Source of the DNA: Eledone cirrhosa
Lineage: Eukaryota
Assembly (NCBI GenBank): GCA_964016885.1
Contig: OZ024740.1
Location: 42,532,001-42,596,000 of the forward strand
Reading direction: 5' to 3'
Length of the DNA: 64,000 nucleotides
The position numbers and the translations under genes are program-made. Each line of letters starts with the position of its first letter. The first letter of the stretch is position 1. The notes below the pieces were generated by a model. It did not search any database. It had not been told where the DNA came from and was given only the letters and a program-made list of their open reading frames with translations. Shown here piece by piece: positions 27,151 to 40,430 of the stretch.

Positions 27151-28379
27151 TAGTTTTAACCCAATATACATATACATTAATCCTCTAACAAATTTCCTTT
27201 CTCCAAGCCAACATCGTACTCATATGATGTATGTCTTTTACGTAACTTCTCTTCTCTCCAGCATTTATTGAATATTTACAAAACAATTAATTAATAATAA
27301 AACTATACCCAAAACTTTCCACTTTTATTTCAACTTATCAGATGCGATGTATTTTGTGAACATATTTCAGATCACCTGAAAACGAAGAAGAAACCTAGTC
27401 CTAATGGCGTCTTGCAATTTTAACAGATTGTGACTCAGCTTTAGTGCCTACGTCTATAAATATTTGAATCTTTCCTCCCCTGTAGGGATCTGTCCCCATC
27501 CATGAAAACATACGATGTGATACTGTGTTATACTCTTTTACTGTCTCTGTTATTGCCCTAAGTCTCTCATTTGGCTGAGGTAAATCCCACGAGTCGGATA
27601 GCAACAATATTTTAAGCTTCACACTTTTCCAAGTTTTCAACAGAGAGAAAATATACATAAAATAAATCATGATAATGAATATTCCCATTAGATTGAAAAT
27701 GGATATATCATTGATAGAATTGATATGTCATTGATATATCATTGATAGAATTGATCAAATATATAGATATAAAGATCAAATCATAGCTGTTTGATGCATA
27801 GGCGTGCTTACCTCTTTTGATAGTACTACAACTGTCTTTCCTCTTTTGAACCACCAGGCAGTTTGTCTCGCACAGGGAAGGTTGTTTCTGAGAAGACCCT
27901 TTCGAAGGCGTTTTGAGGATTATTCCCCCATGACCCCCAAAACACAAGTGAGCGAAAAAGAAGGAATAGAAAAGAAGTATTTTTCTTTGTTTATATATTT
28001 TCGGATCACTAAACTTTTTACATTCTATCAATATCACACTCCCTGTCACCACTTTTCCTCCTCTATTATTAAAGTACCAGTAATGTACTGGGTAATTGCT
28101 GGCCTTGTGCCAAACGTAGAAACAATTATTTTCTGACTACTCCTTTCTAACCATCTCCATCTGACCTTCTATTTTCGTCCCAGCCCTTTATCCTCTTTAT
28201 TTCCATCTCTCATCTTACTCTACTGTCCAGCCGTGTATTTTCGCCTCTTCTCTGATGCACCACTAGCCGCCTCCTATTGCTTCTTCACCAGAATCCCACA
28301 CTCACCTCTCAATTATAACCGATCACAAAGCTTTCCTTCACCAGCTCCACTCTACCGTCAAACACTTCTTCCACCCTTT

Positions 28380-29490
28380 TCCTCATTTGCATCCAATCCT
28401 CCTTGCATCACCCCAACCTCCTTTTCACCAAAACACGTAACAGCAGTCACGTCACATTTCTAAGCCGTTGCCTCCACCACTACATGTTTCCCCCAGGTTT
28501 CCACCTAAAATTCCACGCCACTTCATATCCCCGCCCCCACCTCTGAACTCATCCTTACCACTCCTCTCACCCTCCCATGCAGCCGACCCTCCATTCCACC
28601 TTCCTTTAGATCGGTTCTCTCGACCAAAATATTCCCACAGCCTACTTTCCTCTCTCCTCTAGCATAATCCTTCGTCCAATTCATCCGCCACCTCAATCGC
28701 CTCCTCTTTAATTTTTTCACCTCGGCTAAGACACAAAAACTTGACTCACTCCGCTCTTTGCCCCCCCGTCACCCCACTTCCAGCCCTAGTGTTATTATCC
28801 CATTACCTACAACTCCCTCTCTCATTACCCCAACCACATTTCACACCCCAACACTAACACCAAAAACGCCGCACCTAACCACCGCAGCCTCTCCACCTCC
28901 ACTACATTCTCTCTCTCAGGTATCTCCCATACTGTTGTTACTCAACACCCAGACCAACTACTCTCCGAAGTTGAGCGCTCCCTCCTCGCTAAGAGTTTAC
29001 GCTTCATACCTACCACATCCACCTGCGACGAGTTCCAAACACGCATTGAGGTTGAACAGTTTTTACGTCGCCTAAAGCTTTAAGCATTCTTCCACGATAC
29101 ACCAACATCGGTCCAAAACTGACTGCTTCACATGTCTCGGCCGCCGACAAACTGTGGACGCCTATTTCTGGCCATTTCAGTGCCTTCGACTTCTTTGTGA
29201 ACAATTTCCGGTGTACATTAAAACGCTTCATTTTCCATAAGCGTTCTCGTTGCACCAGTCTTACTCGGTCCGAGATCTTGGCCCTACGCAGCCTACGGCG
29301 CCGCAATGACATTATCATTAAGCCTGCCGATAAAGTTGGTTCCATGGTGGGTGTGACGCACAGACCCCCTACAAGCCTGAAAGTCACCGCCAGCTTCACA
29401 ACATCCAATTTTACTACCGTTTATCTTCTGATTCCATTCCAGACTACCTACCAAGAGTGCGTGTTTTCCACCATTCACCAACTCATCTGA
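28380..29490 (+). mobile_element. PLE 5' coding region, degenerate (Neptune/Poseidon-like)
   Basis: FLSRCLHHYMFPPGFHLKF; VEQFLRRLKL; LTRSEILALRSLRRRNDIIIKPADK. Degenerate hammerhead downstream at 29782-29850 (CTGATGA...GAAA tatgta TA). Confidence 0.78.
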
Positions 29491-30288
29491 AATATGACCA
29501 ATAGATTAATATATTTACATTTCTGCGACAGTGTAGCCACAACTATAATTGAGGAGTGACATTCAATAAGACGGATGTTTATGACGTCACTTGGCCACCG
29601 CTACTCACTCCACCACACCTGCCAGCCCACAAATCAGGTGGCCTTCGGGGACAGTCTGATACCGATATAACACCATATTTGCAGGCGGTTTCCGAATCGA
29701 TTTTTCTATTTTCTTATTCCCTATCTTCCATTATATGTTTGGGTTCAAGGTAATCCTGTTCCACAATTCTGCAGTTGACGCCTGATGAGTTCGCCTTGTC
29801 TTGCATCATAATCGGATGATGGAGTTGGGCCATTGAAATATGTATAGGGATTTAGTGGCACTAAAATTCTAAAGCAAATTTTCCAGTCCGGATTTCTGTT
29901 GTTTTAATGAATACTTTACTCCGTCCCTGCACAAACCACTAAATACCACATCTACGATGGAAGACTTGCATAATGTTGAGTGTTTTAATTAACTTGTTGC
30001 AACCAGAACCACTCGTTCTACCCATTGGTAAACAACCTAAGATAAATGATATATATATATATATATATATATATGTGATCCATTTTTAGTTTCAAATATT
30101 TACTATGAACTAAACATGGCTCGATAATATGCGACATCTGATACAAATCTCCACGCGACCCACCAAAATATATATATATATATCCTTAGCTTGGGCCCTT
30201 CACCTGTTAGAAATTAGAAATAGCAGTCAAATTTATCTCAAATGTAATCAAAAGACAAATTGGATGTAGTCTCAGATAAAATGATTGG

Positions 30289-30499
30289 TTCTACTATAGG
30301 CACAAGGCGAGCAATTTGGGGGGATGGGAAATCGATTAAATCGACCCCAGCACTCACTGGTGCGTTATTTTATTGACCCTGTAAGGATGAAAGGCAAAGC
30401 TAACATCGGTGGGGTTTGAACTCAGAACGTAAAAGGCCGTAACTCTCTGCCACGATGCTTGGTGTCCGATGCTCTACCGATACTTCCAATCCATTGCCC
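30289..30499 (-). mobile_element. tRNA-derived SINE
   Basis: Reverse-complement copy of the 24262 family with a longer tail variant. Confidence 0.85.
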
Positions 30500-31345
30500 T
30501 CAGTCTCAGGTATAATAATGGCAGAAATTATGTTGATCAAAAGTTTTCTTAAATAAGGTTGACCATGGGATAAAAACAAGTATAACAACCAAAGCAACCT
30601 CTGGTCAGATAATTAAGTATACAACAAACCTGACCGACATTGAATGCCACATAGTTATCGTGTTATGATTAGACGAATTGCGTAGTTTATGATAGAAAGC
30701 TCCATCAAATAATGGGCTGATGGTTATTAATAACTATAATAACCATATAAAAGTAAGTTGTGATATGTATAAAGAGATATTGATTGCAGTAAGCAGAAAC
30801 GTTTTATAATAAAATTCTAATAAAACTGCGTGAGTTTCACATTTCCATTAGTCAACAACAATATATTTGGTTTTGATAGTGGCTGCAGTAGGTATGGAGT
30901 GGATTTTACCCAAACCAGAAATATTTTATGGGATTAAAGAAAGTTTTGTTTGCAAAACGTTTCTACGGAGCTTGTAGTTCATTTTAATGCAGTCACTATC
31001 CAGTGTTATTATAACCATTCGTATGAAATTGGAACATCAAACCTACATTTACTGCAATAGGGAAATAAATACACAATATATTATTTTAGAATATCGACTA
31101 TGAATTAATACATCTGATTTAAGCAATATTCATAAAAACGACAAGATGGTTATACAACTCATTGACTCCACTTAAGAGAACTTCCTGTTGTATAGACAGA
31201 AGTGTAGGGCATATAACACACTTTCAAATTAGAGAAAAACAAAACTAAACGAAAAAAATTATCGATTTACAATGAATATTCTGAGCTCGTAAATTTCTGT
31301 TCAATTAATGTGTTTGTACACACACACACATACAAAAAGACACAT

Positions 31346-31405
<60 letters not shown>

Positions 31406-31410
31406 ACACA

Positions 31411-31501
<91 letters not shown>

Positions 31502-31878
31502 TTGTGTGTGTATTTACCCACTTTACTTCATGGAAGAGAGAGACAACAGGCTGGATCAGTGCACAACCTCCTTTCATCCATCTCTATCACCACGGCGAAG
31601 CTTTAAAGGAGGTATGCTCTGATTGACTCACGTGTGCCTGATAGCCTGAACATCTGAAAAGGCAACAAATCAACGGCAATTGGAATTGATAACCACAATC
31701 TTCAAAGAGGGAGTCAAGAGAGATTGCTCAAATTATAAAGGAGTCACCTTTTTAAACCTTGCCATTAAATTCTTAGAGTTTTGAAGAGAAATATCAACGC
31801 ATTGTCGAGTCCAAGATAGCTGATGAACAGTGTAGTTTTCACCCTAGACATAGGCGACCAAATATTCTCCCACACGCA

Positions 31879-31962
<84 letters not shown>

Positions 31963-31970
31963 AAAAAGTA

Positions 31971-32070
31971 CGACTCCGACGGCAGAGCTCAAGCCGTTTC
32001 GACGGCTATTTCTGGACTAAATTAGAATGTTTAGCCTGGTGAATAAATAGCCGAACTTTTCAAGAGGGTT
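31971..32070 (-). ncRNA. Type I hammerhead ribozyme, U3-A8 core, extended stem II, within a ~235-bp solo element (31961-32195) between (TA)n arrays
   Basis: Reverse strand: ccctc TTGAAAA g..CGGCTATTT...AAATAGCCG.c GAAA cggc ttgagctct gccg TC ggag. Confidence 0.72.
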
Positions 32071-32214
32071 GTCAAGAGGATTGATTAAAATTTGTTATAA
32101 ACACAAATAAGTCTATCATGGCATTTGGTGGGTGGTAGGGGTGGCTGAACTTGCCTGTAATGGTCCATTTGTTTCCTTACCACAATTCCTTTGTTATATA
32201 TATATATATATATA

Positions 32215-33569
32215 CTAGCAGAAGTACCCGGCGTTGCCCGGGTGTAAGTCGACCTTTGGTCTGTTGTTAAAATGTTTGAAAGTTACTTCCCGCGCATCAC
32301 AGGTGCAAAAACCTTCGAACCTCAAGGGAAAAAATAGAGGTTAGTATACGCAGGTGTGTAATTGAGCATAAATAATGGATCAATTGTAGGTTCAGAGTGT
32401 ATCGTTGAAATTGTTCTTTGCGAGACTGACGGAAGTCAAACTTGAAATTGAAATTTCAGTTGATTTTTAAAGAAGGGTGAAAAAGTCGATTTTTTCAAAT
32501 TTTTTTTTCTTTTTACAATTTTGGCGCTCACATGTGCAGAAGAAGAAATAAAAGGGACTTTATCTGAATCGCGGCATAATGGACGAATCATTTGCGACAG
32601 TTTTCACGAAAATCGGACGTTCCTGTAAAAAATTATCCCATCTGCAACTTTGCCTTGTTTTTTGCGCAAAGTCGAACCCCGCTTCAGTCTTATTGATTTT
32701 TTACATGAATGCGTGACCTCTGAAGTAGATTTGAGTAGCTAAAGACCTATCCCGGTAAATTTGCTATATGTGAAAAAAAGTTGATCAAAATTGCGTCTAG
32801 GGTTATTGCCCTTTGCAACAGCCTCAAGAACATGTAATTAAAAAGATTTACCATGGACTATCGTGTACGTTGGTATTGTGTTTAGCCTGCGAAAATCGGT
32901 GATCAAATGAGGCAACGATAAGCCATACTGATGACGTTTAAGCGGGTGGCAAGGAATTGATGCGGCATAGATAGCCATGGGAGTATTGAAGGAGCACGGC
33001 GGTCAGGCAAAAGAAAGGGCCGAGGAGGGGATGGTGGTTGACAGTGCATGGAGGCGGCATCCTGAGGCATGAAGATGTAGTGGGGCGACGGCCAGCAGGC
33101 AAGGAAGAGGGCATGGGTGGACGGTGGCAAGGATGCCGCATGGTGAGCCATGGCAGTCTTGAAGGAGCACTGCGGGTAGGAAAAAGAAAGGGCCAAGGAG
33201 GGGATGGCGGCTGACAGAGCATTGATGCGGCATGGTGATGCATGACGATGCACATTGGAATCGGACAAATTTCGTAAATATCGATTGTTGCCTCTGGTGA
33301 TCCAATTATCGATTTTTCGAAAATTTAATGTAGCGCACGTTTATCCCCGAATCAAAATACACACTTGCGTCGAGTTTCATCGATTTTTGAAAATATCGAT
33401 TTTTGGCTTCTGGGGTCCCGATTATCGATTTTTCGAAATTTCCAAGTAGCCTATTCCACTCTACGCGTTGAGTTTTATATATGTGTGAGGTTTCATGAAA
33501 ATTGGATGAACGGTGTAGCATGCAAGTTGGGAACACCAAACAATGCCCATCTTCACTTTATATATAAGA
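32215..33569 (-). mobile_element. Non-autonomous Helitron
   Basis: Reverse strand starts A|TCTTATATATAAAG and ends CCCGGGCAACGCCGGG TACTTCTG CTAG|T (A^T target). Internal ~175-bp duplicated GC-rich block at 32950-33240. Confidence 0.85.
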
Positions 33570-34325
33570 TATGCAGTGTGATTCAGAACTAATGTGTATA
33601 TGAACTTTAGTGCATTTCGGGGATTACTTCCTGAGTTAGGTAGCACCATGTCGCCTGCAAATTCCAGCCGACTGGTACTATATGTTTACACATTTTAAAC
33701 ATAACATACATTTAGTGACATAAAATATTTATATATAAAGCTTAAAATAATGGAAAAATTAATTGGATGGCACTCTAATGTAATGGTAAGTACAGTGAAA
33801 TGTATATTGCAGGTATGGATTCGAGTCCCACGGGTGGAGCTGCACAATTTTTTCCCATCTCCGAGGGGTTATATACTAAATTCAGTCTATGTTTCATAGC
33901 AAAACAATCTTCTAATTACTAACTTTAAAATTGAAAACTTCCTGTCGCTCAACAGTTCTAAAAATAGATGGTTTACATAAACGATATAGCTATAACAAAA
34001 ATATCTAATCAAGATCTTATAAATCATCAGTCATATTCTCCCTAAGTGTTTTCTCTCTTGAGACATTTTTAAGAAGCCACGAACATTTATACCAACTTTA
34101 TCATATTTTTTAATCGAAAGTACTGCGTGCTTAAATCATTGTTAGCTACTAATTGTTCGTTTACATTGCTAGTGCAACAGTGAAGTGATGTAGTCGTGTC
34201 AAATTATGTTCATGAGCCGTGTGTTCATTAACACACGGCTCATACGCTTCTGAGTGAATAAGATTGGTATTCTCCTTGGTTACTACATGGTACTGTACAA
34301 TATGTATCATAAATATATGTTGTGG

Positions 34326-34495
34326 GGGCGGTGGATTAGCAGTATCGGTAGAGCGTCGGACAATATGCTTCGTGGTTTAGAGTTACGACGCTTTACATTC
34401 TGAGTTCAAATCACACCGAGGTTAGCTTTGCCTTTCATCTTTGCGGGGTAAAATAAAGCACCAGTAATGTACTGGGGTCGATTTAATCGACTTTA
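34326..34495 (+). mobile_element. tRNA-derived SINE, tail truncated
   Basis: Same head and core as the 24262 family. Confidence 0.85.
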
Positions 34496-34961
34496 CTAAT
34501 ATAAAAAAATCATTATATATGTTGTATAATTGCATATTATTTGCAATTCTATATTCGGAAGGTCATTTTAGTGATTTAAAAACATACAGAAATGATTAAC
34601 TTTATTGTAGTGTCAGTACGATTCGTCGGGCTTCTCTGAGCTGGTCACTGAGAACGTATTAGTTCCCAGCTGGTAGAAGTACGAAAAAAATGTATCGGTT
34701 CAGTATAAACAGTGTTAGTAAGAATTAAACAAAAATGAAAACGTGTCTATTCTGGTGACTCAATAAACGACCTCAAATACAGTTATGATCCAAACAATTA
34801 CAAATTCGAAATAATAGTTATTACAAACAGTTATACGTTTTATGAGTGAAACTAGAGTTAAATTATATGATCTTCTTCTTCTTCTTCTTCTCGCTGTTGC
34901 ACAATAGATATGCTTTCAAGATAAAAATAAAGTATTCAACATATTGAACGACAAAATAATT

Positions 34962-35344
34962 GGTGGTACTTTATTTTATCAATATCGGCCCGTAAGGATG
35001 AAAGGCAAAGTTAACCTCGGCGGGATTTGAACTCAGACCATAAAGGGCCGTAACTCTTTGCTGCAAAGCATGGCGTCGGACCCTCTACCGATACTGCCAA
35101 TCCACCGTCCTTGAACGAGAAAATAATGATTTCTACTATAGACACAAGTCCAGTAATTTGGGGGAAGGGAAATGTCGAGTAAATCGACCCCAGTACGTTA
35201 CTGGTGCTTTATGTTATCGACCCCGTAAGGATGAAAGGCAAAGTTAACCTCGACAGGATTTGAACTCGGACCGTAAAGGGCCGTAACTCTATGCTGCAAA
35301 GCATGGCGTCAGACCCTCTACCGATACTGCCAATCCACCGTCCT
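34962..35344 (-). mobile_element. Two tandem SINE copies (34962-35112 and 35128-35344)
   Basis: Reverse-complement family match; both share the flank CCTTGAACGA.AAA. Confidence 0.85.
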
Positions 35345-37159
35345 TGAACGACAAAATGATGTGAAAGAGATTCTGTCCAAATACACACACACACACACAC
35401 ACGCTTATATATATATATATATTCTTCTACACCCACATATTCCTGGTAGGGTCTTTGTGGCAGAGTTCTCAAGCACGCCCTCCAGTTGATGCTGTCAGAG
35501 ATAACTGTCTTCAATTGATTCCGAAGCGCGACCAGACGATCACATCGCTGTTATCCAACATTCTTACACGGGCTCAACCATCATACTCGGGGTGAATTCA
35601 GATAATATTAACATATCAAGAACGCAAGAAGAGGTTACTAACAATTAATTATACAGTAACGAAAAAAACAGCTCCAAAAATCATTATCAATCAATGACTG
35701 ATATTTTGATTGTTTCATTAAATACGGCAGACAACTCTGAGGATATTGCTGTATTATTAAGACTTCATTCGATAAAATAAAGTACCAGTAATTCACTGGA
35801 AAAATCGCTGTCCTTGTGCCAAAAGAAGAAACAATTATTAAGACTTCATTAGTGAACTTTATTGCAGCAATCTCCAATTACTCCTTGGTAGAAAATATAA
35901 TTGTAGAAAATATAATGAGGTTTCTTTTTATCTTAACAATATGTAGAGTTACCTTCTCAGTTATCCTAATTCCAAGTTCTGATGATTCTTTCAATGAATA
36001 CCTTTAATGCAGTAGACTTATGTACTTAAGTTCTCCGTATAGTTAACTTCGAAATTGATGAAGAAATCTATATGAGTGTCAGTACAAACAACCTGTTATG
36101 AGATGTAATTATTCATAATTTTACTATCATTTTCGTTAATTGTTTCAAATATTCGAAGCCACGACTATATTATCTGTTACGTAGACCAGTTTCTCAACAG
36201 ATATCACGAGGTATTGCCGCAAATTCATCAAAGAGTTAAATTTTGCCCTTCGTTCGGAAGATTCTAAATCAATTAATTATATGCAAAACAGCTGATAAAC
36301 AAAATATTATGGCTAACGTCTATGACTTCGATAAAGCAACTTGAATCGGCTTCATACCCAGCTATAAAAACTTACAACTCAAAGAAAACAAGGCATAGAA
36401 TGATAATATCGATGGGCATGTCACTGTGATTGGCAAATTGGAAATTGCATTTGTCGACGCAGTCTGTACTTGCAGAAACTCTGGGGTCCACTGCATTACA
36501 AATATTCATTTTATTAGCAGTCTGGAATAGGTTAACATGATTTTACGTCCAAACCATATGTCATTGAGTAAGAAATTGTGAGAAAGCGGGATAGTAGCGC
36601 TACTTAGACTATTTTTTCTCCCACTTCACGGAACAGCTAGAAATGTGACAAAATGGTATTTTCATTATTCTATTGCGTCTGTATTTCTTTTCAATTCTGT
36701 TTTTATTTTTATTTTTTAACTGATGGAAATCTATCACAGGTATTAATTCGAAATATATCACATTTTAAATTTTCCACTAGCACAGTCCCTAGGCCATTCT
36801 TCATTGCGTGATGTCACTACTTGCTGCCAACGACCTTAGCCATTGCAAGTAGCCATTTATTGACATACGGTGTAAACAGTTAGCTTCGCACACTCTCTCT
36901 AATTTAGTTACATATACTTATGACGCAATACAGAATATAAATGCATAAATGTACGTTGCTGTCACTGTGATTGGCAAATTGCAAATTGCATTTGTTGGTG
37001 CAGTCTGTATTTGTAGAAATCCCGGGTTCCGGGACAACCACGCGTGACCTCTCCATTACAAATAAACATTTTGTTAGCACTTAGAACCGTTAGCTCGCTT
37101 ATACGCCCAAACAGGATGATAGCGAATATATTTCCTATACCTTCGCTAGTTAGATTGTT

Positions 37160-37620
37160 AGATTAAAGTTTAAGCAAAGAATCGCTGCTTTCTAACGGGA
37201 TCTTCTGAAACTAAACAAAAAAAAAAAATCAATCTGTGGACGCAGAAGTAAATATGTCAAAAAACGTTGCAGCCGAAGGAAAACAGGAAGACGATACTTT
37301 GGTTCGTGAAGACGTTCCCTGGCAATGAACAGGGAAAAAGCGAGGATACCTCCATAGGCGCTGAGCCTCGCGAGTTGGAATGGCTCTTCCAGCGCATCTC
37401 CCTTACCATCCTCCGGGGAAACGCCTTCTCCATCCTGTCCGCCGGGGCTGTGTGGAGGCCAGCACGTGGGATCCCATTTTCTCATTATACGGATTATTAG
37501 GCAAAGTTATAAACTATTGTAAATAAATAATTAATTGTAATATGACATCGTTATGTGGAGCGAAGAGAACAATTTCACGCAACGACAAAAAAACAAAACC
37601 ACGTTTATAGTATAAATGGA
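37160..37620 (-). mobile_element. Solo PLE pseudo-LTR related to 13700-13985, with U4A hammerhead remnant at 37167-37212
   Basis: Reverse complement aligns with 13700-13985 on both sides of an insertion. Confidence 0.75.
37349..37537 (+). mobile_element. 3' fragment of a CRE-clade-like RLE non-LTR retrotransposon
   Basis: Translates to RELEWLFQRISLTILRGNAFSIL, matching the QR(I/L)S...RGNA C-terminal motif of CRE-like ORFs; followed by AATAAA. Confidence 0.7.
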
Positions 37621-37632
37621 GTCATTAGACTA

Positions 37633-37672
<40 letters not shown>

Positions 37673-37947
37673 AACAAGTTGCCTTGCTGAACTACTAAAT
37701 GAACAAATCTGTCTCTATATATTAAAACAATACGACAGGCTTATAATGACGCTAGAAATGGCAACAAAAAACGTATAAATCTACCCTACAACGAAGGAGT
37801 AGCTAATATCAATTAAAATGTTATTTGTCTCTAATAATTAGACATTTCAATGAATGGATAAAATGATGTTCTTCCAATATTGGTTGTTGCGATGATATAC
37901 TAATATACATACACACACACACACACACACACGCGCACGCACACACG

Positions 37948-38021
<74 letters not shown>

Positions 38022-38220
38022 AATGTACGTATTGTATATTTATTTAATAAAATTCTGTATGTTTATTTAAAAACATTTTGAAGGCCTTTCGCTATGAATT
38101 TAAAGTAGCGACAATAGTCACATACCTAGCTTCAGCTAAACCAAATGGAAATAACCGACGATCGATCGCTTCTCGCTGTTTAGCGGTTATCAAGGCGTTA
38201 TATCTCCTCTATGTTTGCTG

Positions 38221-38304
38221 TGGGTTGTAGAAGCTGGATTCTTATAGAATACTAATTATGTTTATGTTTATGGTATTCTATAAGAATCCAGCTTCTACAA
38301 CCCA
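38221..38304. repeat. Perfect 32-bp inverted repeat with 20-nt loop
   Basis: 38221-38252 is the exact reverse complement of 38273-38304. Confidence 0.95.
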
Positions 38305-38797
38305 TATATAATAGAGGATTATGATATCACTGCCATAGTCTTGACATGTTGCTGTTTGAATTGGTATGTCCACTGTTCCAAACAAAAGTGTTTTTTAATT
38401 GTTCTTCAGACCTTTAGTTCAACTGCAATTTTATGAATGAGTATATCATGAGTAGAAAAAAACACTGGAAAATACTTTATTTATTTTCAGATTATACATA
38501 CTCTTCTGTGTGTCTAATAGAGTCACCGATAGAATGTCTTATCAGTGTCTATCTATAGAATGACCTAACACGTTCCAGTTAATTTGATCAGTATGTACTC
38601 ATTACGGTGCATTTCCTTATCATGTGTTTCTACCGTGGGAAGCTTATATTTATTGAAGTGAGAGCTAAAAGAATAAATAGAATTCCTGCTTCATCATTTG
38701 AGAGAAGGATCTATATATATATTTATACATAGAGAGAGAGAGAGGTGGCAGAGAGAAAGAGGGGATAGAGAGGGGGAAGAAAGTGATAGAGGGTAAC

Positions 38798-38893
<96 letters not shown>

Positions 38894-39517
38894 GGGAAAG
38901 AAAGGGGATAATTTCAGTTGCCACCTGTAGACAACAGCTGTGTTCCTTCGCTTGAATGCTTTTCAACACATATTATCCTTGACCCTATCGACAGGTAATC
39001 AAGCGTTACATTAATTTTCTTCAACCAGTTTATCGTTCTCTTTCTAAAAATACATGTTAAAGCAAATGATTTGTATTTGATTTAAGTTATCATGTTTATG
39101 TAACAATTTAGTAGCGAAAGGGATGAGATATTGAAGCCTGTCACATTCTTGATTCTTGTTTCATATTGCTATGTGAATTTCCCCATAGATTCACTAAAGT
39201 TTTACACGATTTTAACAGTCACTTCGAGAGAAATCCTCGATATTTTGCATCATATCTACTCATGGACACACACACAGACTCAGGCTCACACCCGCTCACA
39301 CGCGCAGACAGCCATACATACATACACTGAATTGTATTATATTAGATTAAGTAGTAATTACTGCCTTTCAGTGAAAGGCAAACAAACATATCAGTAATGA
39401 GTACTCCACCAACATTCGAACACAAATCTCAGAGGCTTGAAATCAATGACTACCATGTCTATGAAACGTCGCATCAATGTCTCAGTTACGACTTTCACAG
39501 CACGTAAGACTAAATAA

Positions 39518-39620
39518 TTATTTCTACTTTAGGCACAAGGCCAGCAATTACCCAGTGCATTACTAGTACTTTATTTTATCGACCCCGTAAGGATGAAAGG
39601 CAAAGTCAACCTCGGCGGGT
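39518..39620 (-). mobile_element. 5'-truncated SINE
   Basis: Core and tail of the 24262 family. Confidence 0.8.
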
Positions 39621-40240
39621 TTGATTTTAATGTGCGGAAATAATATGGAAGATTGAAAGAATACCAGAATATTAATGAGATGTATAATATTAGCCCAGGA
39701 TAGGATGGAATAAAAAGAGAATTCTGTTAGTATTTGAACGAAAAGTTTTAAGGACACACCTAAACTTCATCGCCGTGTGGTAGACTAAATAAAGATTCGA
39801 GAAAGAACTTCGAGAGAAAATCACAATTGTCTTATGAAGTAATCAATTCAATTATATCACGAATACATTTTCAAAATGCAGTCAATTTCTGTTATTTGAA
39901 CATAGAAAGTTAACAAAATACAATCATACATAAAAAGTGATCTGATCTAGCACTTTACGGCCTTAGTATGTCTAACATTATTATCTTAGCAGGGCAATAT
40001 TCCATACATTTTAGGTTGTAAAATGAGACTTCGCTTAGTACATGCTTCTTTTAATGGCTCGATAAAGGAAAAAAGTTAAATTTCTGTTAAGTATTTCTTG
40101 AAGCTTCCTTCTCTTCAACGGCGCATTCCACTATATTAATTTCTATAGTGATTTATTAGTGCTGCTGTTCAATGCCATATGGTTATAGTGGTATTGAAGT
40201 GGAACTGAAGTGTGTGATATTCTGGCGTTATTTATAGAAA

Positions 40241-40430
40241 GGCAGTGGATTGGCAGTATCGGTAGTGGGTCGGACGCCATGCTTTCCAGCATAGTTACGT
40301 CCCTTTACGATCTGAGTTCAAATCCCGCCGAGGTTGACTTTGCCTTTCATCCTTACGGGGTCGATAAAATAAAGTACCAGTAATGCACTGGATAATTGCT
40401 GGCTTTGTGCCTAAAGTAGAAACAGTTATT
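40241..40430 (+). mobile_element. tRNA-derived SINE
   Basis: Full family match; TTATTTATAGAAA repeated on both sides (TSD-like). Confidence 0.87.

Noticed and set aside
33765-33840. tRNA-like A/B boxes
   Set aside because: No complete cloverleaf; more likely a decayed SINE head.
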